From positions 615,648 through 679,647 of the forward strand of contig SMSO01000014.1 of NCBI GenBank assembly GCA_004764695.1: 64,000 nt of DNA, written 5' to 3'. The DNA comes from Schizochytrium sp. TIO01. Taxonomy: Eukaryota > Protista > Bigyra: Labyrinthulomycetes. The notes under the pieces are model-generated. The model made no database searches and was not told the origin of the DNA. It saw only the letters and a program-made list of their open reading frames with translations. This document shows, one piece after another, positions 45,470 to 57,361 of this stretch (its first letter is position 1; each line of letters opens with the position of its first letter). The translations under genes were made by a program, and so were the position numbers.

Positions 45470-47845
45470 GGTGTCTGTCTACTGCCTTGCGGTGACGCTC
45501 TCTTTAGAGCCAAAGTCAACAGAAGAACGGAGCCCTCCAATAACTTTGGTGGAATCTGCTGATGAAGATGTCTTTGATCCCCCCAAAGAAGCTCAACAAC
45601 GAGGGTTTCCCTTTTCACAGCTTCGGCTTGAGCAAGCAGACTCCAAACAAAGCGCAGTGACTGCAAGTTTTAATAATCAATGCTACTATTTAGGCTATTA
45701 TTACCATTGTAGAATATATTACCTGTAGTACTAGGTACTTAGTCACCTACAATCAAACAACGCGAAGAGTTCGTAGGCAGCTAGCTGCTTTTAAAGAAAA
45801 TGGGGCCTTGTATACATGAGTCAAGCAACGCCGAGACATTCGCCAATTGAGGATAGATGAATAGTAAAGAGAAACCTAAGGAGTTTCCTCGAGCAAATTC
45901 CTCAGCGAAATAGGAACCGGGGAGGTTTATCAGGCGCAGCAAGTAGCAGCTCCTTTATATTAAGTTAGTCAATTTATGGTCATCCAGGGCGTAAAAAACG
46001 TTCTATTAGTTCGAGTGAGAAACCCCATTTACGTACTCCACCAGAGAATGAGGGGAACAGAATACGCTGACAATGGCAAGGTAGGTTGCCAAATAGGTTG
46101 TACGAATTTCTAACTGCCTACATTTAGCAGAAGACAACCTCTGGCAAAGGCTGATACATTTATGATAAAGCTAGAGATTATTTCCGACATATGCGTCCCT
46201 TTGATCTGACACTTGGGCTGTACAGTTGACACATGAGGAGAACAGTACATAGTCCACTGGAGTAGTTGAGGAATCTGATACTTGTGCAAAAATTTATTCT
46301 TCAGAGTTTATCACTCATTGTTGTGAAGGCTTCTCAAAAATCAAATGACCTGTGGCAGACACGTGACTGCAAAAAGTGAGTAATTCCACTATCGTCTCTT
46401 CAAAAGCATTGCCATATTGTTATGCGGTAAGTGTATTCATACGTAACCTCTATTGAAAGGGGAAAGAAAGGGGAAAGAAAGGTGAAAAAAATATATAACG
46501 AAGAAGTGGCGGCTGAGATCCGGTGAGAAACTGAAGCGATCAGAACGTCTTCAGAGTTATTGATGAAAACCGTAATGAATTGAAAGCTTCCTACCATAAG
46601 ATACATATTAATATGTTAAAATAGTTTTCTCTCTTCAGAAATTGCAAATAGGGCAAATGGGCACCAGCTAAATCATGAATTGACACTTCTAATAGTAGTT
46701 GAAAAATTAAAGCATGTGCTGACGGGGTGAACTAGTGAGGTACTGTGTAATGTGTGGATTACTTCTCCATTCCTATAATCTCCTCTTGATGAAACAAGTA
46801 AGCACGCGTTTCCTTCTCGGGGAACGCGCAAGAAGCTTTCTTATGGTTTTGTATATAATAGCAGCATGACGATAAATTAAGAGCGTGAAACTTTCAACAC
46901 CAGCGGCCTAAACACCCTTCTTCTGGTAAACAATTTTCTTTTTCGTTTAAGAAAGCCAGTTGAATCAACTGTGGAAGACGATTTCCGCAGTGCTTCTTCT
47001 TAACTTAGGATGTTTGGAGCGCACCCATATTGCCTTAAGCTTGTCTAAAATGGATTGCTTCTGTATCGGCAATTTTCCAAGCTACGGATAGTCTAAATAA
47101 CATGATCAGCTACCTCGTTGGGGCTTATCAGATATGGCTAGCTTTCCTTTTTGTACAGGCCCCATTTGCCCGGGCTTGGCTAGCTTGGATGGATAAATAC
47201 AAGCTCAAGAAGTTGAACGTATTCTTTATATTGCACTTACCACCTGAGCTGCACAGTGGACCATTACTTTACCTCATGAATAGTTTATGGACTCTTTTTC
47301 AATCTCCATTCCAATAGCAAGGTAGCCTGGCCTGGACAAACGATAGGAATCCAGTTTTGAATATAGTGGATCCTATTTTGAGGGGGTACAACAAAAATTT
47401 GGCCTGCGGGAAACATTTGATTTGATCACCACAGCTGTGTATGTTGCTGTGACACTGTGGAGGTTCGTTCGAAGTTTTGCAAGGGATTGTCCATGGCAAC
47501 CAATTTTGTCACTGTGACGAAGTGGCACAGATCTGCAGGGCTCAAAATATGCATGGAGGCGTTGATTAATTTGACGTGGAAAGGACCCATGTACTGTTGA
47601 AGCGCGCGGAATCCTCGAAATGAATACCAGGCCATTGCAAACACCAAATTTAGCGAGGTAGTCCAAATAGCTTATCTGGGCCCACGTTGGTTGTAGACAA
47701 GGTTTACTCAGCTTCTGCATACATATCGTGTTGCAAGATAGAGAGAGAGAGAGCAATACTGGGTTTAAGCTCCAGAACTCAAACCCAGGTACAATCTCTT
47801 GACATTCGCATCGTTTTAGAAGAGATCTGCATTAGATTTTTCAAA

Positions 47846-49825
47846 ATGGGCAATGGAGCTAGCTTTCACAGCGACAATGATCCATCCGAACCAGTTTCGG
47901 ACACGAGCCCGATCGAGATACTTACGGTTGATGGACCAGGGAAAATGCAAATGACTCGAATGTCGTTAGCGCGCCCGCCATCGTTGAAAGCAATTCGGGG
48001 AGAGTCAATGGCAAACAGTTTACCATCATTTAAACGTCTTCGTACCAGACGAACTTCTTTACGAAGGCTGCTCATGGACGGAGATGACGAAGAAGGGCCG
48101 TCACCTACAACTGCTGACGAAATTATCTCTCCTCTAGACTTTTCACCAGACTCATCTGCCTCCATTGCACGTCGAACCTCCGCAGAGGCTCGCAGCCGCC
48201 GTTTGAGTAGCAGCAGTCTTCATCGCATCTGGAGAGAAAGCATTGACTGTGCATCGGATAATCGACAGAGCACTCACTTGCGTTTTCAACCTAAAAACAG
48301 TTTCGCCGCAATGTCCTATCGTATGCTTTTGGCAAACTCTGGGCGTTTTGGGGGTATGTTTGATGCAGCTAAAACAGAGGACGGAAACCTTATTGTTCTC
48401 GGAAAGGGCATGGAGGGCGAGGTATTTCGAGTCAAGAAGAAAGGCTCAGGGGGACGCCAGTATGCACTTAAAACAGTTCACTTACGAAGTTCCGGGGAAG
48501 CCGAGCGTGCTTTTGAGCTTCGACACCTTGCTCGTCTTTCTCATCCGAACATTGTGCGATTACATGAAGCATTTAAGCACAATTCGAAGACTTACTTGCT
48601 AAGTTTCGAATTGGGTCAAGGCGGGGATCTTCTTTCTCGACTTCAAAAAGATGGAGCGATGGAGGAGTCTCGGACTGCATATGTCTTGGCTCAAATCCTT
48701 AGCGCTCTTCAATACCTGCATTTCCACAATGTTATCCATCGCGATATCAAATTAGAAAATTTTGTTTTTCGCTGGCCCGACCATGACGAGGTTATTCTAG
48801 TCGATTTTGGCCTTGCGAAGCTTACTGACACTCAGACAGTGCATACTTCTGAGGTGGGTACTATTCACTATCTTAGTCCAGAAGTGATTAAGCACTCTTA
48901 CTCATTCCCAGCCGATCTTTGGTCTCTAGGTGTTGTTGCGTACATGATGCTAACAGCAAAACGCCCCTTTCGAGGTACGACGGATGAGCAAATCATGCAA
49001 CGAATCATTTCGTGTGACGTCAGCTATCCTGATAATCTCTGGGGACACCTTAGTGTAGAGGCGCGAAATTTTGTTCAGTCTTTATTAATCGAAGATCAAT
49101 TTAAGCGCCCAACGGCTGAAGAAGCACGACAAGATCGTTGGATTCGGGAAACAGCACGTACACTGTACCTCCCTTTGATGGATCGCGCATCGACTAATGA
49201 TCCTTCGTCATCACTGTCATCTCATTCCACGTCTGATGAGAACGTTTCTCGAGCTAGTTCTAACAGTGAGGTTCTGGAGATGTCCATCGAAGACGTTGTA
49301 GTGAGAATGCGAGCATTCGTAGAATTAACAGAGTTCAAGCGTTATGCGCTCAGACAACTTGCACGAGAGGCATCGGATGAAGTTCTGTCGGAAATTATGG
49401 CACTGTTTCGCTACGTGGTAGCCCGAACACCTGGCGTTGTGACATACGAAAGGCTGCGAGATGTTATTCCGGACGATCTTATAGATGATGATGACTTGGA
49501 CAATGTTTTCGATGTGATTGATGATGATACTAAAGGCTATTTCACATGGAATGATTTTTGTGCGGTCCTCTACGATCCTGATTGGGAAAAGGCCCGTGTT
49601 AAGAGCGATCTTCGCACTGTCTTCCGCAGGTTCTCCTTTGCAGATAGCACCGAGGGTATCAGTGATGTAATTTCATCATCTAGTCTTTATTGTGTTTTTA
49701 GGGACACACACACCAAGGTCGAGGCTGATGAAATGTTAGCTGAAGTTCAAGCGGAACTTGGAATCCAGAATGCTTATCTCACCGAGGCAGACTTTGTTGA
49801 GCACATGATCCATTACCCCAAATAA
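47846..49825 (+). CDS. CDPK-related Ser/Thr kinase 1 (N-myristoylation motif, junction domain, mostly degenerate EF-hands)
   Basis: MGNGAS start at 47846. Kinase motifs LGKGMEG, YALK, HRDIKLEN, DFG and GTIHYLSPE. Junction VVRMRAFVELTEFKRYALRQLA. One near-canonical EF loop DDDTKGYFTWND. Confidence 0.9.
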   Translation: MGNGASFHSDNDPSEPVSDTSPIEILTVDGPGKMQMTRMSLARPPSLKAIRGESMANSLPSFKRLRTRRTSLRRLLMDGDDEEGPSPTTADEIISPLDFSPDSSASIARRTSAEARSRRLSSSSLHRIWRESIDCASDNRQSTHLRFQPKNSFAAMSYRMLLANSGRFGGMFDAAKTEDGNLIVLGKGMEGEVFRVKKKGSGGRQYALKTVHLRSSGEAERAFELRHLARLSHPNIVRLHEAFKHNSKTYLLSFELGQGGDLLSRLQKDGAMEESRTAYVLAQILSALQYLHFHNVIHRDIKLENFVFRWPDHDEVILVDFGLAKLTDTQTVHTSEVGTIHYLSPEVIKHSYSFPADLWSLGVVAYMMLTAKRPFRGTTDEQIMQRIISCDVSYPDNLWGHLSVEARNFVQSLLIEDQFKRPTAEEARQDRWIRETARTLYLPLMDRASTNDPSSSLSSHSTSDENVSRASSNSEVLEMSIEDVVVRMRAFVELTEFKRYALRQLAREASDEVLSEIMALFRYVVARTPGVVTYERLRDVIPDDLIDDDDLDNVFDVIDDDTKGYFTWNDFCAVLYDPDWEKARVKSDLRTVFRRFSFADSTEGISDVISSSSLYCVFRDTHTKVEADEMLAEVQAELGIQNAYLTEADFVEHMIHYPK

Positions 49826-52210
49826 CAAACAGTTAATTAAAATGTAAGATTAGTTCCTCAAAGTTAGCTTTACTTTCTTTTTTCTTTTAGATTCTGTAAA
49901 TTCTCTTTTATGTTGTCGTATTGCTTTCCGAAGGAAAGTTGCTATATATCGTACTTTCTTTTTAGTTCGCGTACTGGATTTTTAGGCCTTTTACAGTATA
50001 TATTTTAGGTAAAGATCTAATAGATACTTTCCATGTTGTCTGAGTTCGCCCTTTCAAATCTAGTACTAATTGAAAATGCAATTCAACAAACAGAAGTGCA
50101 ACTTTTGTTCTTCTCTACTTTTTGAGCATGGTTTATTGTAAAGACTGCTATTCTTTTATATTAAAGGAACACTAGACGGTAAAATTACTTCCTATGGTAG
50201 CAGGAGCCTTCGTTTTGCTATGTTTAAAGGTGCTTTTCAACAAAAATATCTCCAAGCAACTTATACCGTTCATACATAGCTAGCAAAAATCTAAATTTGT
50301 TCCATTAACTCAAAAAGCATCTGTCAGAACAAGGAGGCGCCATAACTTCCATTTCGAGCTTCTGAGGTTTTCACAAAAGATCTAATAACACTAGGACACT
50401 TCTAAACCATTTAGCGGGTCAATCAGACTTCATTGCGTTCTGCTTTAGCATACTTCCTCCCTTCACTCTTGTCAACTCATCTGTACCAGTCCAGATTTGG
50501 TTGGTCTATGCAGGTCGGACTTTGATGCATACAAGACAGAAGGGGCAACCTTACAAACGAAATACACGAAAAAAAAACTAAAAAAAACTGGATAATTCTG
50601 GTCTTGAGTAATATGAGTGAAATGTTTTTTTTAATTCAGAAGTGGACTTTTTGCTGCATCAATTATAACTCCATGGGTGCAGGGGCATCATTAAACTCTC
50701 CTCTTTTCAATAAGCACTAAGGCTTTGACTGGTTGGGCTTGTTCCGCATTATTGACAATCTGTAAACCAAGGTTCCTGGAAGAATACCAGAGCGTCTTAG
50801 TGCGTAATACCGCACGCGAACTTAATACTTCAAATTCTGAGGATATGGCGTCCACGCCGTAGGACCATCTCGCATCCGCCAATACCAGGAATTTCACAGG
50901 GACCTCTGGAAGGTACACGGTCTTCTCCACGGAATAGGAGAACCAGCTCTTCGCCACAACTTTGCCATCTACAGCACTGGGGCCCGCCTGCCTACACGAT
51001 GAGTTCCCGTAGGTGACCTATACTGGCTTCTAGCGAGACCGCCATCTATCCTGCGGCCTCGTGAACCATTGGCATCTTTGCCAAGTTCTTCCTCGGGTTC
51101 TACTTCTCTAGGCCCCACTTCTTCGTTTTTTCCTATACTTGAATGATCCGCGGCTCCGCGCCGCTCCCCACAGCCGAGAGACTGCAAATGTCGAAATGAC
51201 GAGGCCAGCCACAGAGGTACCGGTGATAGCAACTCGCAGGTCTGACCTTCTTCGCACAGAAACGAAGTGAGACCAATGCTGAATTGTGCTAGCGCCGCGG
51301 TGCTTGGACAGTGAGATGGGGAATGTGGTTCTTGCGAAGAAGAGACTTGCCGAGTGAATGGTTTCGAGGAGCTCGATAAGTTCTCGGGATTAGTGTTGAT
51401 TCAGGATCCACAGAAGCTTGACTCACCCATTCTCGGGTCCATTCCGCGCTGCGTGCCGCGCCGCGGGAAAGAAGGTCTTAGAGGTTGGCGAGGGGAAATC
51501 CGTTACGGCTGTTCAATGGTGTGATGCGCATCTGCAAATGACGCTAGAGCAGTGGTGAGGGCGGGAAATAGCGTGTTAGCTTGTGTTGTAGCTTTTATAA
51601 TTCGCCCGTATGGAAACCGATACAAGATGTTGCTGTCCTTTAGCAGAAGCGGGTGGGAATTGATCTGTTGGAATATGAGAGTTCTTCATCACGCTTTGAA
51701 TGCTTATTTATGGTAATTAACGGTGCCACGCGCAACTTATGTGGATTCGGAAGCGGAGGAATGGAAGTCTTGACAACCGATCCGCGTTCTATTACCATCA
51801 CTTATCACCCTAGTGGCGCGACTTGTGGGAGGATGTTTGACTCGATGCGGCCTGACATTGCTCAGCTTGCATCACCGACCAAATGCCTCGTCTAAACCCT
51901 TTTTGCAGTTTCAGAGGTTGATTTTTATGTTGCTTACTTGGCGAAGAATCTGCTGACGACAATTCCCCTGTAAACCTTCCTCGAAGAAGGCGAGGAGCTA
52001 TACTTGGGGTTTCAATCAATGAATAATCGTATCGGTGCCTTGGAGGAGTTCGAGCGTGTTTTTGGGGCCGGGCAAGCATACAGATATCCACGCGCTCAAA
52101 GTGCATCAAAAACACCCGTGGCACAGGAGTTGTCTTGTCGGCAGACTAAAACTGCAAGTACACAAGGCGTGGTACAGCGCGTGGTGCGCTGCAACCAGCC
52201 GGAGGTTGAT

Positions 52211-54158
52211 ATGGGTAGTGGAGCTTCACGATTGCCAGAGAGTGGCGGAGCGCTGCTCGGTGAAGCAGTTTATAATCAGGGAGGATGGATGACGCAAAGT
52301 TACAGACAAAGACAAATGTCAAGACGCTCGAAAATTGGTGATACTCTCGCGTCTAGTTCGAAGGTGCAAGACAAAGTGCCACCAAGCCACGCAAGCAATA
52401 CTATTAGCAATAAAATCACTGCCTCTGCAAGGCACCTAGGTCCTTTTTATCGCAGTGGCGATACTTTACCATTGCGTGATGCTATACAAAATGCTCTCAT
52501 TGAGTCACAGCGCCCTACACCGTCAATTGCTCGCATGTGCTATGGCAGCATTGCCTCCTTTTACACAGCTGCTCAGGAACCTGAAAATAGTGCGAAGACC
52601 CACCTTGTCGGGGAAGGCTCGTCATGTAGGGTCTACGAAGGTATTAGAATACGAGATCATCGACATTTCGCTATTAAGCAGCTCAACCAAAAAGCTTCAC
52701 GAAAGGTCTTATTAAATGAGTTGAAGATTCTCCGGCAACTTGATCACCCCAACGTCATTCAACACTATGACACTTTCCTGGATGATATTGATATGACCGT
52801 CTATTTTGTTTTAGAATTTTGCGAGGGAGGGGATCTTTTTGACAACCTGAAGCGCAGGGGTCATTTCACAGAGCCTGCTGCAGCACGGATGTTGGTAAAG
52901 ATGTTTCATGCCGTTCAACATTTGCATTCCCTTCAAATTGCGCACCGCGATCTAAAACTTGAGAATTGGGTTATGCGTCGCAACAATGGCGATGATCTCG
53001 ACCCTGTACTTATTGACTTTGGGCTTAGCCACCAGCTCAAAGACCCAGCTGAGCGTATGTATGAATGTTTAGGTACTTCTTTTTATGTAGCACCCGAGAC
53101 TGTACGTAAAAATTATGGCCTCACCTGCGACGTTTGGGCTCTTGGTGTAATCACCTACATGGTTCTTTCCGGGAAAACTCCGTTCGGGGGTAAGGATGAC
53201 CAGGAGGTTCTGCATCGGATTTTGCATTGTAATGTAACTTTTATTAGCCCTGTGTGGACAACGGTGAGTTCTATGGCCAAAGATTTTATTTGCTCTCTGC
53301 TTAGGAAAAACCCCTGGAGAACGGCTTTCACTTGAGCAGGCACTAGAACACCCTTGGATGGTTCAGAACGCCGGGAAAAAGGTGGCAGCTTCATCAAACA
53401 TGGGATCAGCAGTTTATAAAGCTGCTCAAGTTCTATTGAATCAAATGTCCTCGTTTTTAGCTCTACCATTGCTTGTACGAACAACTCTCATTCTTTGGGC
53501 GAGCGATGGTCCATTGCGAAGCAATGAGATGATTTGCCAGAACTTCGAGTTATTATCCGAAAATTGTGCTGGTGGAGTCCCAAGCACTGTGCAAGATGTT
53601 TTGGTGGATGGTCGGGACAAGCGAGCTTTCTCAGAGATGTTTGACAAACTTTGTGATCTCTCTGAGTCACGACTATCCTTTCAGGTTTATAGCGCAATGT
53701 TTTTAAAGCCAGAAGATTTACCGAACTACAATGGTTGTGGGGAAACTATGAATCGAATCTTTGAAAGTCTAGCTGTAGGGGGAGAATTCATCACTGCAAT
53801 GAGCCTCAGAGCATGTTTAGGAGCAATTGATTCGAGTCCGCGGGCCAAAAGCATGGCAAACCGTACCCGAAAAAGTTCAAGCAGTGCTGTTTTTGTCGCG
53901 ATGCTTGAGGAGGTTTTTGATTCGGCAAAGGGCAAGGTGTCTCGATCTATGTTTTCTGCTTTGCTTCTTGGAAAGAAAGTACAGGTCACTGTTTCAGACC
54001 CCATGGAATACGAGCATGGACAGGTTGCCCATATTTCAGTTAATGAAAGCGACGGAGATGACGACGATGATATGATAGACTCCTCAATGGATCATCACAA
54101 TAGTATTAGCTCAGACCACCCGGAGATGCCCTCACAATCCGCAAGTAGAGTTTATTGA
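52211..54158 (+). CDS. CDPK-related Ser/Thr kinase 2; +1 frame break at ~53306-53314
   Basis: MGSGAS start at 52211. Kinase motifs VGEGSS, FAIK, HRDLKLEN, DFG and GTSFYVAPE. Removing one base from AAAAACCCC restores subdomain XI (e.g. NPGERLSLEQALEHPW) and joins ORF 53358..54158, which encodes the junction and a degenerate CaM-like lobe. Confidence 0.87.
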
Positions 54159-54552
54159 GGAAAGTATTAGCAGTCTTTGTTATTAATAAAAGTAAAATAT
54201 ATCTAAGTCATACCTCTGTAAAGTTCAACCTTCCCTGTACCTTTGTGATCTACGGTAAGACTTATCTAATGAAACGCACGGAGGTCGCTGTAGATCAATC
54301 TTATATTATCTTTCGAGCATCTTGATTGCTTTCGTTTTTTGTCGCTCGTTGTCTTAAGCAGGTTGCTCGAAATCATCATTACACAGAATCAAGTTTATGT
54401 GTTTGAAAGAAATGAAACTGGTTGAATTAGTTAAAGGTTACATCGTTACAAATAGTATTATGAAAAATGTGATGGGTCGTTGAATGAGCCTCTTTGCTGT
54501 TTCAGACATCTCAACTAGTTTAAAAGTAGAATATGAAAGCTGAATAACACTT

Positions 54553-56382
54553 TCATTGAAGGTTTGAAGACTTGGAGTACAAGTGAAGGCAAATAGGAGA
54601 CATGACTTCCATATAAGCCAGCAGTTCAGGATTCATGACATTATGGCGCAAGAAGCTCCGGTTTGTAGCTTCGATGATATGACGAAAACCATTAAGTGGT
54701 AGCCCGGTACCAGACTGAATTGACTCACACAGCTCCTGGCTGATATCTTCAAAAAAGTCTCGTAACTCCTTGGCCTGTCCAAGTCCCGCACCGATACTCA
54801 CTAAGGATTTGACCCATGATTTGTAGCGACCTTTGTGACGTAATTTTTTGTAGCCATTAACCCATTTTGTGCCGACTGTATTTCCTAGGTCGCGCATTGC
54901 TGTTTTTACAATTTCATCAAGTAAATCTCTTGAATTTAATATATGCGACTTTGAATATCGCCAACGTGCAATTAAAGCGGGGCATATTTCTAAGGACGTG
55001 TTTCCTGGACGCAACAACAAGCTCGAAGTCTGTGTTCGCATTGGGATGCTTGCTTGATCAACAGCATTCCCGCTGAGGTTAGTACCACTTGTATTCTGCT
55101 GATCTTGTTGCAATTGTAAAAGATGTTGGTGAGAAGATGTAGATGGAAGAGGCTCACTAACAGAACCCTTTGCATTACCAGACGCTTTGGCAATCTGGCG
55201 AAGAGATCGAGTTTCGATGTCACTAGAATCGCTTTCCTCTGAGTCGTCCTGAGAGGCAGCCTCATCGTCATCTCCATTATCTGAAGACCCATCCTGCTGC
55301 TGATCAAGCACACCCTCTTCATCGCCAAGATGTGCGCCATCATCTGTACTGTTGCTAGGAGCAATCTGAATAGACTCAAAGTATTGGCGACCTGTAAATG
55401 TTTGCGGGTAGCTAGAGCTACCAGCAGAAGGGACCTCTGCTACCCAATGAATAAGCATAAGAGCTGCGCAATATTCCAGATCTCTTAAGGAGAGAAACAT
55501 GGTTCGTTTCTTTGCCGAAAGAGGGTGGAATTTGTTGAATAACAGGAAGATTATGCATGTGAACCGCTCCGCGAGTGCCCAAGGTAAATAATATTGGTCG
55601 GCAATAATACCGGTAATATTACCTTCAAAATTTCGTTCATCCAAAGACGAATAAATGCGCCGCAAGTTATCAAATTGGCGACGGCAATTTGGCAGCCGAA
55701 CATTTGTTGACTCTGCAACCTCATCAAGATCTTTTCGAGCTCGAGCAGTCAGCTTACGTCCCAAAATTTCTCGGTAAACGCGGTCATCGAACTCGTAATA
55801 CTTGCTCACTAGGTACTGCTGGACCCGAGGAGAGAGTTGAATCAACATCTGCCGGCGCAACAGGTGTGGCTGCAGAAGATACTCCTCCAGAAGCTCAAAC
55901 AAACGATACTGATCAACAGCATCACGATACAAGAATAGCAAGAGCTGGCGTTCATTTGCATCAGGTTCATTACCCAGAAGAGACCGCCGATAGTAAACGA
56001 CCTTATCCTCACGCAACCCCAACAGCCACAACTCGAAGATGGCAAGATTTAAGCCAACGGGTTCGGTCTGTGCTACGTGGAAAACCACTGTGGAATCATC
56101 TAGCGCTTCCTGGAGCATACGAGCAAGCTCTGCAAAGCTCCACTGCGGCGCTGCCGAATTTGATGCGGTTGTTGTTGGCATTGTAGTTCTTGAAGCACCG
56201 TTATTCTCCTCAAATTTCTGTTTTGAAGTTTGTTCAGGATTTGCTCCAAGCCCTAAAGACCTCGAAGACACGGTTGTAGCATCCCGCACCTCCTTAGGGT
56301 CCGCGACGTTCCTTGGAGCAGCAGCAGACTCTGCGCCCATGCCGGCCCCGGAGCGAGTTCGAAACGGGGTAGAAGACGCCAT
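54553..56382 (-). CDS. FIBP: Acidic FGF intracellular-binding protein (FIBP) homolog
   Basis: DQYRLFELLE..L..P..L..Q...Q......L..KYYEFDD.V.REILGRKL...RKDLDEVAE.T..RL..CRRQFDN.RR closely follows the FIBP core as I recall it. First ATG is at 56382. Confidence 0.9.
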   Translation of the reverse strand: MASSTPFRTRSGAGMGAESAAAPRNVADPKEVRDATTVSSRSLGLGANPEQTSKQKFEENNGASRTTMPTTTASNSAAPQWSFAELARMLQEALDDSTVVFHVAQTEPVGLNLAIFELWLLGLREDKVVYYRRSLLGNEPDANERQLLLFLYRDAVDQYRLFELLEEYLLQPHLLRRQMLIQLSPRVQQYLVSKYYEFDDRVYREILGRKLTARARKDLDEVAESTNVRLPNCRRQFDNLRRIYSSLDERNFEGNITGIIADQYYLPWALAERFTCIIFLLFNKFHPLSAKKRTMFLSLRDLEYCAALMLIHWVAEVPSAGSSSYPQTFTGRQYFESIQIAPSNSTDDGAHLGDEEGVLDQQQDGSSDNGDDDEAASQDDSEESDSSDIETRSLRQIAKASGNAKGSVSEPLPSTSSHQHLLQLQQDQQNTSGTNLSGNAVDQASIPMRTQTSSLLLRPGNTSLEICPALIARWRYSKSHILNSRDLLDEIVKTAMRDLGNTVGTKWVNGYKKLRHKGRYKSWVKSLVSIGAGLGQAKELRDFFEDISQELCESIQSGTGLPLNGFRHIIEATNRSFLRHNVMNPELLAYMEVMSPICLHLYSKSSNLQ

Positions 56383-56754
56383 CTTGTTACGTGAAGAAGG
56401 CCTCCTGCCGGAGAGTTCGGACACCTGGTTCTCTCGCAACAAAGGCGCGTGCGCCTAATCGGTCTACCCAAAGAGAGTCCAAAGTTGGCCTTGGGTTTTT
56501 ATCTCCAATTGACCTGCTTTGGTTTTCTCGCATGAGAGTTACAATTGTTTTATTTCGTTGTTTTTTCATCATAAAGCGAATGGTATCTTGTAACTATAGT
56601 GCAAAACTTGTTAATTGCCAAAGGGTAAATCTCAATTTGTGTAGCCTAGCTAGAGAAATAGTGCTCTATTTTGGTTGGTGTTGTTTAACTTCGAAGGTGC
56701 GGCGCTTATTCAATCTCAAACTACCATGGCATCGACAAGCAATCGATGCATGCA

Positions 56755-56777
56755 TATATATATATATATATATATAT
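56755..56777. repeat. (TA)n microsatellite in the FIBP/F-box divergent intergenic region
   Basis: About 11 AT units preceded by ATGCATGC. Confidence 0.9.
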
Positions 56778-57361
56778 TTGACTAGTAAGTTGCAAAACTA
56801 ATAATAATCGAATGTAGCCTGAGCAGCAACTCCGTGACATTCGTTTACACTATACACCAAACTTGTATTCCTCGTCGTTTCTTGAGAACACGTTCGGCAG
56901 ACGTATCAGCAATGTAAAAACTTGATTTTGTGATTTGCTGGCTCTGATAAAACTGGTGAAATGCTGGACAACATGAGATACACCTCCGCAGCACGTTTGG
57001 CGAACTTTCCGTACGCGGGTGGTCACACTCTTAATGAAAAATATGGTTGCACTTAAGTCAAATTTGTCAGGCCTCGATGCTGATTATGAAAATTTATGTG
57101 GTTCATAGACATTGTGTCTGGTTTGTTGCAATGTGATGGAATAGCAAATGAACTAGTGAGTCAAAATCAGTACTAGAGACAGAATACCTCTGCACTACTA
57201 TAGTTTTGTATATAAAACTCCTATTAACGAGTGTCTCCATTTGAAAACCCACCAAAATTGTAAAAGACAAAAGTGGACCATCAAAACAGCAACCAGCATC
57301 AAGTTGTTCAGGGCTTCTTCAACTATCCAAAAGAAACCAAAGTGCATTCTTCACAGACAAC

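Noticed and set aside
45879-45902. Imperfect 24-bp palindrome AGGAGTTTCCTCGAGCAAATTCCT
   Set aside because: Single occurrence with two mismatches; compatible with chance in 64 kb.
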